Assembly (NCBI GenBank): GCA_903908245.1
Contig: CAIVRE010000014.1
Coordinates: 31,963 to 95,962 of the forward strand
Origin: Candidatus Omnitrophota bacterium
Lineage (GTDB): Bacteria > Omnitrophota > Gorgyraeia > Zapsychrales > Fredricksoniimonadaceae
Direction: 5' to 3'
Length of the DNA: 64,000 nucleotides
Position numbers and translations under genes: made by a program. How positions within the stretch are numbered: position 1 is the stretch's first letter; each line of letters begins with the position of its first letter. Positions 1-9,227 of the stretch are shown in pieces. The notes beneath the pieces were generated by a model that saw only the letters and a program-made list of their open reading frames with translations, ran no database searches and had not been told where the DNA came from.

Positions 1-43
1 TTGTCCGTCCCCGGCCTGCGCAACCTTTTTCATGAACCCGCCA

Positions 44-793
44 TCAGAAATTGCGCGCGACCCCGATGGCGCCACTCACTATATAAGTATCTTTGACAAT
101 AGGACTCTTACAAATATTATTATCCAGCCATTCAACGCCCGTACGGATGACCACGCGCCACTCTTTGGAAAAACCCGTAGCCAGCATGACGCCGACGAAC
201 GGATCAGCCGCGGATCCCGGATCATACGCCGAACGGTCCGGTCGCACCTCCGCCGACCGGACGCCGTAATAATAACCCGTCAACTGAGCGGATTGCGCTT
301 TCACACCAGCGGACATCCTAAGCCTGAAATATTTCAATTTGTAGAACTGCTCCAGGAACAGCTCGCCTTCACGGCCGTTATAACGCGACAATATATCATT
401 AAGGACCCTGGCATTAAGGGATAACCCCTTAAAAGGCAATTCCAGCTCGGCCCGCAAGCCCGCGTCCCATGACTGCCGGCGATCCTCCATCCCGTTCAAA
501 GCCGTGCTGTCCTCGGAACTGTACCCCATCATCCGGGGAGACGTGACCACGCTCAACTTGAGGCCGCCATGTTCATAGAACGAATACCCCGCCTCGATCC
601 CACGGAAATAAAACCCCTTATAGTCCCAGGAAAAGAACGGGACCGGCATGACCTTTGCCCCGACCCCGTAATACGGACTGGTCATCACAACCGCACCGGC
701 CCCCAGAAGCTTCGGTGCCGGCTCCTCGGCCAAGACTGGGAACATCATCATTGTTCCGCTTAAAAGAACGGCCAGAAAAACTCTTTTGCGCAT
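44..793 (-). CDS. MipA/OmpV-family outer-membrane beta-barrel protein (start trimmed to the internal Met MRKRVFLAVLL, which gives a signal peptide and an AAGGAGG RBS)
   Basis: Signal peptide, aromatic-rich beta-strand pattern (YYGVGAKV..FYFRGIEAGYSF), C-terminal aromatic residue; RBS aaggaggggg upstream of ATG at 793. Confidence 0.6.
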   Translation of the reverse strand: MRKRVFLAVLLSGTMMMFPVLAEEPAPKLLGAGAVVMTSPYYGVGAKVMPVPFFSWDYKGFYFRGIEAGYSFYEHGGLKLSVVTSPRMMGYSSEDSTALNGMEDRRQSWDAGLRAELELPFKGLSLNARVLNDILSRYNGREGELFLEQFYKLKYFRLRMSAGVKAQSAQLTGYYYGVRSAEVRPDRSAYDPGSAADPFVGVMLATGFSKEWRVVIRTGVEWLDNNICKSPIVKDTYIVSGAIGVARNF

Positions 794-865
794 ATCCCCC
801 TCCTTGTCAGGCTTGAATATATCATAAATATTGTTTTGCAGCCCGCCTGATGTTATCTTTAATAT

Positions 866-1936
866 ATGAATAAAACGCCCGAAGGGGCCGAAGGCCCCCG
901 CATCAAGCACTACCTTGACCTGGCGATCAAATACCAGGCATCGGACATCCACCTGGTCGCCGGACAGCCGCCGGTGTACCGTGTCCAGGGCGCATTGATG
1001 ACCGTCGACCTTCCTTCCATTGATGCGGAGTATCTGCAGGAAGTGATCAACGAAATGTTCAATCAATCGCAACGCGAAACATTCTCAAAGACCCATGAGC
1101 TGGACTTTGCCTACTCCTGCGTTAAAGGCTATTGCTTCCGCGTGAATGTCCATCAGGAACGCGGCAATGTCGCGGCCACAATCCGTATCATGCCGAGCTC
1201 GCTCACCAGCCTTGAACTGCTGGGCCTTCCGCCGTCGATCGGAGAACTGGCCCTGAAGCGGTCGGGGCTCATCCTTATCATCGGGCGCGCCGGCTCCGGA
1301 AAAACAACAACAATGACGCACATGGTCGAGCATATCAACCAGAACTGCCGGCTAAAGATCATCACCATCGAAGACCCGATCGAATATATGCACACGTCCA
1401 AGAAAAGCCTGATCACCCAGCGGGAAGTCGGAGAAGATACCGCCTCCTTCACCGCCGGGCTGAAATACGCGCTGCGGCAGGACCCGGATGTGGTCGTGGT
1501 CGGTGAAATGCGCGACCTGGATTCCATCTCCATGGCACTGACGACCGCAGAGACCGGGCACCTGGTGCTGGGGACCCTCCACGCACCCGACGCGATCGAA
1601 GCCATCAATCGCATCATTGACGTTTACCCCGGAGACAAACAGAACCAGATCCGGGTGCAAATGGCGGAAAACATGCTCGCGGTCATCGGCCAGCACCTTC
1701 TCCCCAAGAAAGACGCTTCCGGAAGGGTGCTCGCGTCCGAACTGATCGTCACCACCATGGCCATCCGCAACATGATCCGGCGCAACGCCCTGGCCGAGAT
1801 CCGCAGCCAAATGGAAACCGGACGGGAAGGCATGTACACGCTGGAACAATGCCTCTCTTCCCTGGTCAAACGCGACATCGTGGCGCCCGACGTAGCCCAA
1901 AGCCACGCCAAATTCCCGTCACTTCTCGAGTTTTAA
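866..1936 (+). CDS. pilT: Type IV pilus retraction ATPase PilT
   Basis: Walker A GRAGSGKTTT, Asp box, His box; PilT/PilU length (356 aa); lacks the tetracysteine motif of PilB. Confidence 0.85.
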   Translation: MNKTPEGAEGPRIKHYLDLAIKYQASDIHLVAGQPPVYRVQGALMTVDLPSIDAEYLQEVINEMFNQSQRETFSKTHELDFAYSCVKGYCFRVNVHQERGNVAATIRIMPSSLTSLELLGLPPSIGELALKRSGLILIIGRAGSGKTTTMTHMVEHINQNCRLKIITIEDPIEYMHTSKKSLITQREVGEDTASFTAGLKYALRQDPDVVVVGEMRDLDSISMALTTAETGHLVLGTLHAPDAIEAINRIIDVYPGDKQNQIRVQMAENMLAVIGQHLLPKKDASGRVLASELIVTTMAIRNMIRRNALAEIRSQMETGREGMYTLEQCLSSLVKRDIVAPDVAQSHAKFPSLLEF

Positions 1937-2010
1937 TTAGGGGGACACTTTACTTAATTCACCTCGTGCTTTCTCGTATTAGGTGAATTAAGTAAAGTGT
2001 CCCCCTAATT
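1935..2010. repeat. Palindromic repeat element copy 1: perfect 30-bp inverted repeat (aattagggggacactttacttaattcacct) with 16-nt loop, doubling as bidirectional terminator
   Basis: Arms 1935-1964 and 1981-2010 are exact reverse complements; the same stem sequence recurs at 10977-11051 with a different loop. Confidence 0.65.
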
Positions 2011-2751
2011 CTACTTCACGCGGGTGGCGGTGAGGCGGGTAAAGACCGGCGCTTTGATCACAATAAAGACCGGCGCATGCCCGGGACCGGCTTCCACGTA
2101 ACCGCTCAGGCGCCCGTCGCGCACCACATTATTCTTCAAGTGCGCCTTCGGCTGCAGACGAACCACATCCACAAGCCTGTTCCCGACCGTGTGCATCTGT
2201 GTCTTGTTCCCGATGGCCAGGTCAATGGTGTAATTCTTCTCACTGTTGCACACCCTGATATCAAAACGCCTGCCCGGCTGAAGATCAAAGGTCCGGGCCA
2301 CATACACCGCGGTCACCGTATCCTGGGTGTTCTCGGGGATAGCAAACCGCTTTTCACTCCCGTCCGTGGCGCTCTTGAAATATGCCAGATGCTTGTCCTG
2401 GTCGAAATCGATCACCGCATCCTTTTTGTACCCGCCTTCACGGCGATGAACCTCATGCCGCAGGGAATAAAGGCGCTCCGCATCAAGATAAGAAACATAA
2501 TGGTCCTCCACGCGGTACAACTTGGAACACAGGCCGACCGTACGCGCCGTGACCTCGATCCGGTAAACTTTCCGCCCTCTCAACTCCGTCAGACCCTTGA
2601 TCTCGGAAGTGATCTCCCCCGCCGTTATCCCGAGCCATTTGATCTTAAAGACCACGGACTCTTTCTCGGGCAAGGACCAGCCCTTGTCCGCGGCATGAGC
2701 GGACGAGGCGCAACACAGGATAAAAAATATTACAGCAATGACTGTTCTCAT
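2011..2751 (-). CDS. Secreted protein, probable DUF3108-like
   Basis: N-terminal signal peptide MRTVIAVIFFILCCASSAHA; size and composition recall DUF3108; no catalytic motif seen. Confidence 0.35.
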   Translation of the reverse strand: MRTVIAVIFFILCCASSAHAADKGWSLPEKESVVFKIKWLGITAGEITSEIKGLTELRGRKVYRIEVTARTVGLCSKLYRVEDHYVSYLDAERLYSLRHEVHRREGGYKKDAVIDFDQDKHLAYFKSATDGSEKRFAIPENTQDTVTAVYVARTFDLQPGRRFDIRVCNSEKNYTIDLAIGNKTQMHTVGNRLVDVVRLQPKAHLKNNVVRDGRLSGYVEAGPGHAPVFIVIKAPVFTRLTATRVK

Positions 2752-2832
2752 ATTTATAAATGTTATACTCTAAACAGGACAAGGTTAAGGTTCTTTTCTT
2801 CAACTGCGCCATTCTATCCATGGAGGCGGGCC

Positions 2833-4167
2833 ATGACCCCAAAAACCACGAAATTCTTCGTCCTCGACACCAATGTCATCCTCCATGATAGCGCCTGCCT
2901 TCACCAATTCAAGGAACATGATGTTGTTGTTCCCATCACGGTCATTGAAGAGCTCGACAAATTCAAAAAAGGCAACGAATCCCTCAACTTCCAGGCGCGG
3001 CATTTCCTGAAAGAACTCGACAAGATCAGCGCCGAAGGCATCTTTAACGGCGGGATCCCCATCGGCAGGAACAAGGGCAACCTCCTCATCAAGCTCGACC
3101 AGCGCTTCCACCCCGACCTCAAGCCGCACTTCGAGAACGACAAGCCCGACCACAAGATCCTTAACTGCGCCTATTGCCTGGCCAAAGAATACCCCAACCG
3201 CGAAGTGACCCTGGTCACCAAAGACGTGAACCTGCGGGTCAAGGCCAAAGCCATCCGGCTCATTGCCGAAGATTATACCACCGACCACGTCAAGGATATC
3301 TCGACCATTTACAAAGGCTACCGCTTTGAAGAGAACGTCTCGCGCGACGTGATCGACAGGCTCTGCCATGACCCCAATGGCGTTCCTGTAAAATCGTTCA
3401 AATCACGCAATAAATTCCGCCCCAATGAATTCGTGGTGGCCCGCAACAAGGAAATCTCCGCCCTGGGCTGTGTGGACCCGAAAGACATGATGATCAAGCA
3501 CATCACCAAGGTGAACGCGTCGGGCATCAAACCCCGGAACGTGGAACAGATGTTCGCCCTGCACGCGCTGATGAATGAAGATATCCGCCTGGTCACGGTC
3601 TCCGGCAAAGCGGGCACGGGGAAAACGCTTCTGGCCCTTGCCGCGGCGCTCGCCCAACGCGATAATTACAAACAGATATTCCTGGCACGCCCCATCATCG
3701 CGCTGTCCAACAGGGACCTGGGCTACCTTCCGGGAAGCGTGGACGAGAAAATAAGCCCTTACATGCAGCCGCTGTACGACAACCTCGGCGTGATCCAGGA
3801 CGAGAACATTGAGACCGTCGAACGCCGCGGCAGAAAATTCCAGAAAATGCTCGACGAAGAAAAGCTGGTGATCGCGCCCCTGGCTTATATCCGCGGCCGC
3901 AGCCTGGTCGACACGTACTTCATCGTGGACGAAGCCCAGAACCTCACGCCGCACGAGATCAAGACCATCATCACCCGGGCGGGCGAGAACACCAAAATGG
4001 TGTTCACCGGCGACATTTTCCAGATCGACCATCCGTACCTGGATATTTATTCCAACGGGTTAAGCTACCTGATCGACAAAATGCAGGGGCAGAAACTGTA
4101 CACACATATTTTCCTGGAAAAAGGCGAACGCTCCGAACTGGCGGAACTGGCCAGCGACCTGCTGTGA
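2833..4167 (+). CDS. PhoH-like ATPase with N-terminal PIN domain (YlaK/PhoH2 type); start trimmed from the long ORF to MTPKTTKFFVLDTNVIL
   Basis: PIN acidic residues (VLDTNV, EELD), Walker A GKAGTGKT, PhoH signature region; RBS ggagg upstream of 2833. Confidence 0.8.
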   Translation: MTPKTTKFFVLDTNVILHDSACLHQFKEHDVVVPITVIEELDKFKKGNESLNFQARHFLKELDKISAEGIFNGGIPIGRNKGNLLIKLDQRFHPDLKPHFENDKPDHKILNCAYCLAKEYPNREVTLVTKDVNLRVKAKAIRLIAEDYTTDHVKDISTIYKGYRFEENVSRDVIDRLCHDPNGVPVKSFKSRNKFRPNEFVVARNKEISALGCVDPKDMMIKHITKVNASGIKPRNVEQMFALHALMNEDIRLVTVSGKAGTGKTLLALAAALAQRDNYKQIFLARPIIALSNRDLGYLPGSVDEKISPYMQPLYDNLGVIQDENIETVERRGRKFQKMLDEEKLVIAPLAYIRGRSLVDTYFIVDEAQNLTPHEIKTIITRAGENTKMVFTGDIFQIDHPYLDIYSNGLSYLIDKMQGQKLYTHIFLEKGERSELAELASDLL

Positions 4168-4192
4168 CCGGCCACCGCAAACGGCCCGGCCC

Positions 4193-4696
4193 CTAGGCGG
4201 CCAGGCGGCCCCAATACTCGTTCCTCAAAAGGACGCCCACATTCCGGGCCGCCTTTGCCCGGTCATTCTCCCTGCCAACCACATCGGCCTTGTTGCAGGC
4301 CGGAATGCCGCCGATCAGCTGATGAACATAATTATCCTGCTCCTCGTCGCTCATGTAGCGGTCACGGATATCCTTAAGCTCCCCGGAATCGAGAAAGAAC
4401 CCTCCGCAGGAATAACATTCATCCACATTGACCTCGCGGTCACGCTCATACTTATGGGCATGCATCATGCTCCCGCATTTAGGACAGTTCAGCGGAGCCC
4501 TGTTATTGTCATTGGTCCGGGGATAATGCAGCGCGGCCTGCAATGCCTCTCCGGTCCCCTCGTTCTTTTCGTCAAGCATACGCAGCTCCAGATAATCGAA
4601 CCAGATGCCTTTACAACCCCCTTCGCACACATTGACTTTAGTGCTTATCCCGAAATCTTTTTCAACCATTGCCTTGGAACAGACCGGACAATCCAT
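4193..4696 (-). CDS. Zinc-ribbon protein with two TFIIB-type Zn-finger modules
   Basis: Two CPxC...CxxCxGxWFD/FLD GEL modules (CPVCSKAM..CEGGCKGIWFDYLEL; CPKCGSMM..CYSCGGFFLDSGEL). Confidence 0.45.
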   Translation of the reverse strand: MDCPVCSKAMVEKDFGISTKVNVCEGGCKGIWFDYLELRMLDEKNEGTGEALQAALHYPRTNDNNRAPLNCPKCGSMMHAHKYERDREVNVDECYSCGGFFLDSGELKDIRDRYMSDEEQDNYVHQLIGGIPACNKADVVGRENDRAKAARNVGVLLRNEYWGRLAA

Positions 4697-4721
4697 ATCC
4701 CCTCCTTGAAATAAAAAGATC

Positions 4722-5051
4722 CTACCATTTCTTGAAAATAAAGAACACTGCCGCGATGATAAACGCGAATCCCACCAGATAATTCCACTTGAAAGGTTCC
4801 TTTAGGTACCACACTGAAAACGCGCTGAATACCACCAAAGTAATAACTTCCTGGACGGTCTTAAGCTGTGCCGCGTTGAACTGCCCGTAGCCCCAGCGGT
4901 TGGCCGGGACCATCAGGCAATATTCAAAGAACGCGATCCCCCAACTGGCCAGAATGACCAGCCACAAAGGCTGGTCCCTGAACTTCAAATGCCCGTACCA
5001 GGCGAATGTCATAAAAATATTGGAAAAAGTCAGCAAAACGACCGTTATCAT
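4722..5051 (-). CDS. Small DMT-superfamily membrane protein (DUF486/COG3169-like)
   Basis: About 4 TM helices in 109 aa; conserved MVPANRWGY-type motif. Confidence 0.45.
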   Translation of the reverse strand: MITVVLLTFSNIFMTFAWYGHLKFRDQPLWLVILASWGIAFFEYCLMVPANRWGYGQFNAAQLKTVQEVITLVVFSAFSVWYLKEPFKWNYLVGFAFIIAAVFFIFKKW

Positions 5052-6289
5052 GCCCTGACCCTCTTCGCGATCGCGCGGGCCGCAGAAACGCCCGAGGCCC
5101 AGGCCCAGTGTAAATTAAACCCGCCGATACGGCCATCCACATCCACTACCTCGCCGGCAAAATACAGGCCTTCCTGCAAACGGGATTCCAGAGAAGCGCC
5201 TTTCAGCTCCTTAAGGTCAACACCGCCGGCAGTGATCTCGGCCTTGGGGTAACCGGCCGCATCCTTCACAGGTAAAGTGAACGCACGCAATACCCTCTCA
5301 AGGGAATGCCGGTCGTTCTTGCCGACCTCCGACATCCCCGGGCGCTTCGATCCGTCAACTCCGGCCTGCCCCAGCAATATCAATACCAGCCGCTCGGGCA
5401 ATCGCGTACCCAATAAATTCTTTAAACTTTTCTGTCCGGCACCCTGGAACAGGAAATCCACGCCATCATTCTTTACATCCGGGAAGAAATCCGCCCGCAC
5501 CTTGCCGTTCCGGGAACGAGCGTCGATCCACGCCCGGCTGATCTCCAGCGCCACCGGGCCGCTGAAACCGTGATGCGTAAAAAGCAGCGGCCCCTGGACC
5601 GCATGGACCTTCCGATGTTCCACCCATAAAGACAATCCGGCGTTCACCACAATACCCGAAAGGCTCGTGAATATTTCAGACTCTGTCGACAACGGCGTAA
5701 GCGCCGGGCGGGTGGCAACGACCTGATGCCCGAAATTTTCGGCAAATTGATATCCTGACCCATCCGAGCCGGTAACCGGATAGGACAGGCCCCCTGTCGT
5801 AACAAGCACCGCCCGCGCCCTTTCAACAGAACCGCCGGCCACCACATTGAAACAACCATCCTGGAATGCGACAGAACTGACACGCGCACCGCAACGCACC
5901 TGCGCACCGTTACCGGCCGCCGCGCCCGTCAAAGACTTCAACACGGTACGCGCGCTGTTATCTGCCGAAAAATAACAACCATCCTCCTGAAGCGCCATGG
6001 GCGCGCCCCATTGCTCAAAGAACCCAAGCGCATCACCTGTTGAAAAACCCTTGAGCACATGCCGAAGCGTGTGCGCACACCCGGCATGATAATCCTTTTC
6101 GCTGACCTTGACGTTCGTGGCGTTACAACGCCCGCCGCCGCACATCAAAAGCTTTGTACCCGGCTCTTTCTGCCCTTCCAGGACCAGGACCTTGAGTTTG
6201 AGCTTCGCGCCCTCGGCGGCGGCCATCAGCCCTGCCGCTCCCGCGCCGATAATAATAAGATCGTACGATTCATTGGCCATAAAACGCAT
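5048..6289 (-). CDS. BaiN/HI0933-family NAD(P)/FAD-dependent flavoprotein
   Basis: N-terminal dinucleotide fold DLIIIGAGAAGLMAA, family-typical length (~410 aa) and C-terminal GGxN motif region. Confidence 0.7.
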   Translation of the reverse strand: MRFMANESYDLIIIGAGAAGLMAAAEGAKLKLKVLVLEGQKEPGTKLLMCGGGRCNATNVKVSEKDYHAGCAHTLRHVLKGFSTGDALGFFEQWGAPMALQEDGCYFSADNSARTVLKSLTGAAAGNGAQVRCGARVSSVAFQDGCFNVVAGGSVERARAVLVTTGGLSYPVTGSDGSGYQFAENFGHQVVATRPALTPLSTESEIFTSLSGIVVNAGLSLWVEHRKVHAVQGPLLFTHHGFSGPVALEISRAWIDARSRNGKVRADFFPDVKNDGVDFLFQGAGQKSLKNLLGTRLPERLVLILLGQAGVDGSKRPGMSEVGKNDRHSLERVLRAFTLPVKDAAGYPKAEITAGGVDLKELKGASLESRLQEGLYFAGEVVDVDGRIGGFNLHWAWASGVSAARAIAKRVRA

Positions 6290-6335
6290 TGTAATTGTTT
6301 TTGTTAATTAAGGCAATACAGCGGGAAAAAGCTGC

Positions 6336-6917
6336 CTATGACCGGCCCGGAAGGACACGACGCTTCTTCCACCAAAGGAATAAACCATAACAAACAGCGA
6401 GGATAACGGCGGCGACGCAAACAAGTTTCACGTATCGCACGGCCAGTGCGCCAAAGACGGCCAAAAGGTAAAGCCTCGGGACCACCCCGATCATGGTACA
6501 GACCACAAATGGAATAAAAGGGATCCTGGTCAATCCTGAAGCGATGGAAAAAACCTTGAACGGAATGATCGGAAGGAGACGGCCCAGCAGGACGCTCCAC
6601 ACACCGTATTTCCGAGAGAACGCTTCGGACCTCTCAATATGATGCGGCTTGATGAAGAAATACCGGCCAAACTTTATGACGAACGGCAACCCGGCATAGC
6701 GCCCGATCGCGTAACCGACCATTGCGCCCAGCGTTGAACCCAGCGCGCCGAAAACAACGATCGAATAGAGCGGAACACCGATCGCTCCCGCCCCCGCGAT
6801 GACAGCCTCGGACGGGATCGGAATAACACTCGACTCCAGGAACATTGCAACGAATGTCCCCCAGTCCCCGTGTTTGCTGATAAGTTCCGCGAACATTGGC
6901 GGCATTGATTCAATCAT
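6336..6917 (-). CDS. DedA/VTT-domain membrane protein
   Basis: DedA signature (FLESSVIPIPSE ... GRLLPIIPF), 4-5 TM helices. Confidence 0.7.
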   Translation of the reverse strand: MIESMPPMFAELISKHGDWGTFVAMFLESSVIPIPSEAVIAGAGAIGVPLYSIVVFGALGSTLGAMVGYAIGRYAGLPFVIKFGRYFFIKPHHIERSEAFSRKYGVWSVLLGRLLPIIPFKVFSIASGLTRIPFIPFVVCTMIGVVPRLYLLAVFGALAVRYVKLVCVAAVILAVCYGLFLWWKKRRVLPGRS

Positions 6918-6997
6918 GCGAAAAGTGTACCCGCAGACGCCGCAAGGGTCAAGCGTTAAACCGGAAAATCCTGGCCCTTCACAGATGGGGATCGCGT

Positions 6998-8305
6998 CTA
7001 AAAAGAAGAACGATATTTCAGGAACACCCGGTCGTCCGGCAGGTCAACAGGGGAAATTTTCATCCCCGCGGCAGAATCACTGGCCGAACCCAATGCACCG
7101 CTCGAACGGGCGGGCTTCACCTCTTTCTGCGCACCGAACAAAAGATGGCTGGTCAACTGATACTCCCCCTCCAGGCGCTGGGTCAACTCCCGCTGGCTCT
7201 GGGTATTGGTCCCCACTGCAACCCCATACCCGATCCCCAGGCGTTCCGTCAGGTCTTTCGAGATCGTCACGCCCTGCTTTTTGTCATCCGCATTAAAAGA
7301 AATGTCGCTTAAGCCCATGGCCCGGATGATCCTTACCCGGTCTCCGCCAAAAAGCAGATAATCCACAAAATTGGATGTCAGCGCCGGCGACATCCTGGCC
7401 TTATCCGACGACCCCTCAACCACCCCCGACCAGCGCTTGCCGGTCGCCAGCATCAATAAGAGCTGCTCCTTGGGACACGACGGATCGGAGGTCAAGAGCA
7501 CCTCCGGAGCCTGGCGGGTCCCTTTGACCGAAATATCAATAAGCGTACGCGCGACTTTTGAAGACGCGCGGATATCCAGTTCAGGCTTTGACGGATAGCC
7601 GGTAAATGTCAGCACGCTGGGCTTCAGCTCGATCCTGACAGCAGGACTGCGCAGATATCCGCTGTCTAAAAAAAGCTTGCCGTGCGTCTCCCAACGAGGG
7701 GATCCCCTGATGAAATGAAGGTCCGCCCTGGCCTCCACATCCTGCAGGATAAATTCATTCTGCATGATCCGCTCAATAAAGAAATGCCCGCTGACAGCCG
7801 GCCGGTCCAGTGTTCCCCCAACGAACAGGTCAATATCGCGCAATGCCCCCTTGAACGGCGGGACTTCAAAGAACTTCGTCAAAACACCACGCACATTGCC
7901 CAGGTCAAGGCCGCGGGTATACACATTTCCCGCAACTTCCTTTCCATAAAGCCGTGCGTTAAAGACAACAGGATCATCCCCCGGATGGAAAAGACGCCCG
8001 TTAACGACACCGATATCCAGGCCTTCCAGGGAAAACCGGTTAAAACGGATCGAAAGCGACTGAACCCGGAGAAAACTGGACTCGGGCAGATACGGAATGA
8101 TCCGGACCTCGAGCTGGTCGGCCTTGATACCGCCGATCAGGCTGCCTTCGAGGGCCGCCCATGATACAGTGCGCGCGCCCAATGTCCGGCGGGCGAGCTC
8201 CCTGACAACGGTCTTCGCGCCCCAGGGCGTAAACCCGAGCCATGCAACGAACCCGGCCAAAAGCAGGATCAAACCAACCATGATGGAAAGAAGTACGCGC
8301 ATCAC
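6998..8305 (-). CDS. Membrane-anchored TamB/AsmA-like protein (DUF490-like C-terminus)
   Basis: Single N-terminal TM anchor, long beta-rich periplasmic body, C-terminal region resembling TamB DUF490. Confidence 0.4.
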   Translation of the reverse strand: MMRVLLSIMVGLILLLAGFVAWLGFTPWGAKTVVRELARRTLGARTVSWAALEGSLIGGIKADQLEVRIIPYLPESSFLRVQSLSIRFNRFSLEGLDIGVVNGRLFHPGDDPVVFNARLYGKEVAGNVYTRGLDLGNVRGVLTKFFEVPPFKGALRDIDLFVGGTLDRPAVSGHFFIERIMQNEFILQDVEARADLHFIRGSPRWETHGKLFLDSGYLRSPAVRIELKPSVLTFTGYPSKPELDIRASSKVARTLIDISVKGTRQAPEVLLTSDPSCPKEQLLLMLATGKRWSGVVEGSSDKARMSPALTSNFVDYLLFGGDRVRIIRAMGLSDISFNADDKKQGVTISKDLTERLGIGYGVAVGTNTQSQRELTQRLEGEYQLTSHLLFGAQKEVKPARSSGALGSASDSAAGMKISPVDLPDDRVFLKYRSSF

Positions 8306-9216
8306 TTGGGTTCAGGGTGGACGGTAACATCCGCGCCCGGCTCGACCGCGCGGATGACTTTTTCAACAGCAGTGGTCAGGGCATGCGCCTCTTTCAGCGA
8401 CAAGCCGCTATCCATCAGGACATGCATATCAATGAAGACCTGCGCGCCTGACGGACGAATCCGCACGCGATGGCAATTGATCACACCGGGGACTTTAGCC
8501 GCAACAGCAATGACCTTGGCATAAAGCCCGGCCGGAGCTTCATCGAGCAAGGCACTGATCGTGCGCATCCCGAGCTTCACACTCACCTGGACAACGATCA
8601 CGGCCACGCAAAGCGCCGCAATGGCATCCGCATAATGCAAAAAATCACCATTAGGGATCATGTCGCTGAGCGCCACGCACGCAAGGCCGGCAATAACCAC
8701 CGCCGAACTCCAGATATCCGTTGAAAAATGCAGCGCATCCGCTTCCAACGCCTGGCTTTTATGCTTCTTTGCCACGCGATAAAGCATGCGTGAACGCGAA
8801 ATATCGACCAAAATGGAAATGCCCATGACCGCGAACGACCAGAACGTGACCGATACATCCACTTTTCCCAAAACCAGGCGATGAATCGATTCATACCCGA
8901 TCCAAACACAGGTCAAAAGCAGCAAGAACGTTTCAAAAAGCGCCGAAAGGTTCTCGACCTTGCCATGGCCATAGCGATGTTCGCGGTCCGCCGGCTTGGC
9001 CGATTCCCGCACCGCGAAGAACGTGACCGCCGCGGCTACCAGGTCCAGCCCGGAATGAGCCGCTTCGGCCAAAATACCCAAACTTCCGGTAGAAACCCCC
9101 ACCACCAGTTTCATGGCCACCAGGCCAAGCGCGGAAAAAACCGAATTCGTTGCCGCGGCATTCTTTTCCCTCTCCGCGGTCATTGCCACCTCTGCCTTCT
9201 TTTTAAAAATATCCAT
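8302..9216 (-). CDS. Cation diffusion facilitator (CDF) family metal efflux transporter
   Basis: Six TM helices with CDF HxxxD motifs (HSGLD, HFSTD) and C-terminal cytoplasmic domain. Confidence 0.8.
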   Translation of the reverse strand: MDIFKKKAEVAMTAEREKNAAATNSVFSALGLVAMKLVVGVSTGSLGILAEAAHSGLDLVAAAVTFFAVRESAKPADREHRYGHGKVENLSALFETFLLLLTCVWIGYESIHRLVLGKVDVSVTFWSFAVMGISILVDISRSRMLYRVAKKHKSQALEADALHFSTDIWSSAVVIAGLACVALSDMIPNGDFLHYADAIAALCVAVIVVQVSVKLGMRTISALLDEAPAGLYAKVIAVAAKVPGVINCHRVRIRPSGAQVFIDMHVLMDSGLSLKEAHALTTAVEKVIRAVEPGADVTVHPEPK

Positions 9217-9227
9217 CCCGACATCCC

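Noticed and set aside
1352-1906. 184-aa minus-strand ORF inside pilT
   Set aside because: It is antisense to a confidently assigned PilT with Walker motifs and has Gly/His/Asp-rich junk composition.
2077-4167. 696-aa plus-strand ORF extending 750 nt upstream of the PhoH/PIN gene
   Set aside because: The N-terminal 250 codons are antisense to the real 2011-2751 gene and have Arg/His-rich junk composition. A PIN-domain start with RBS is found at 2833.
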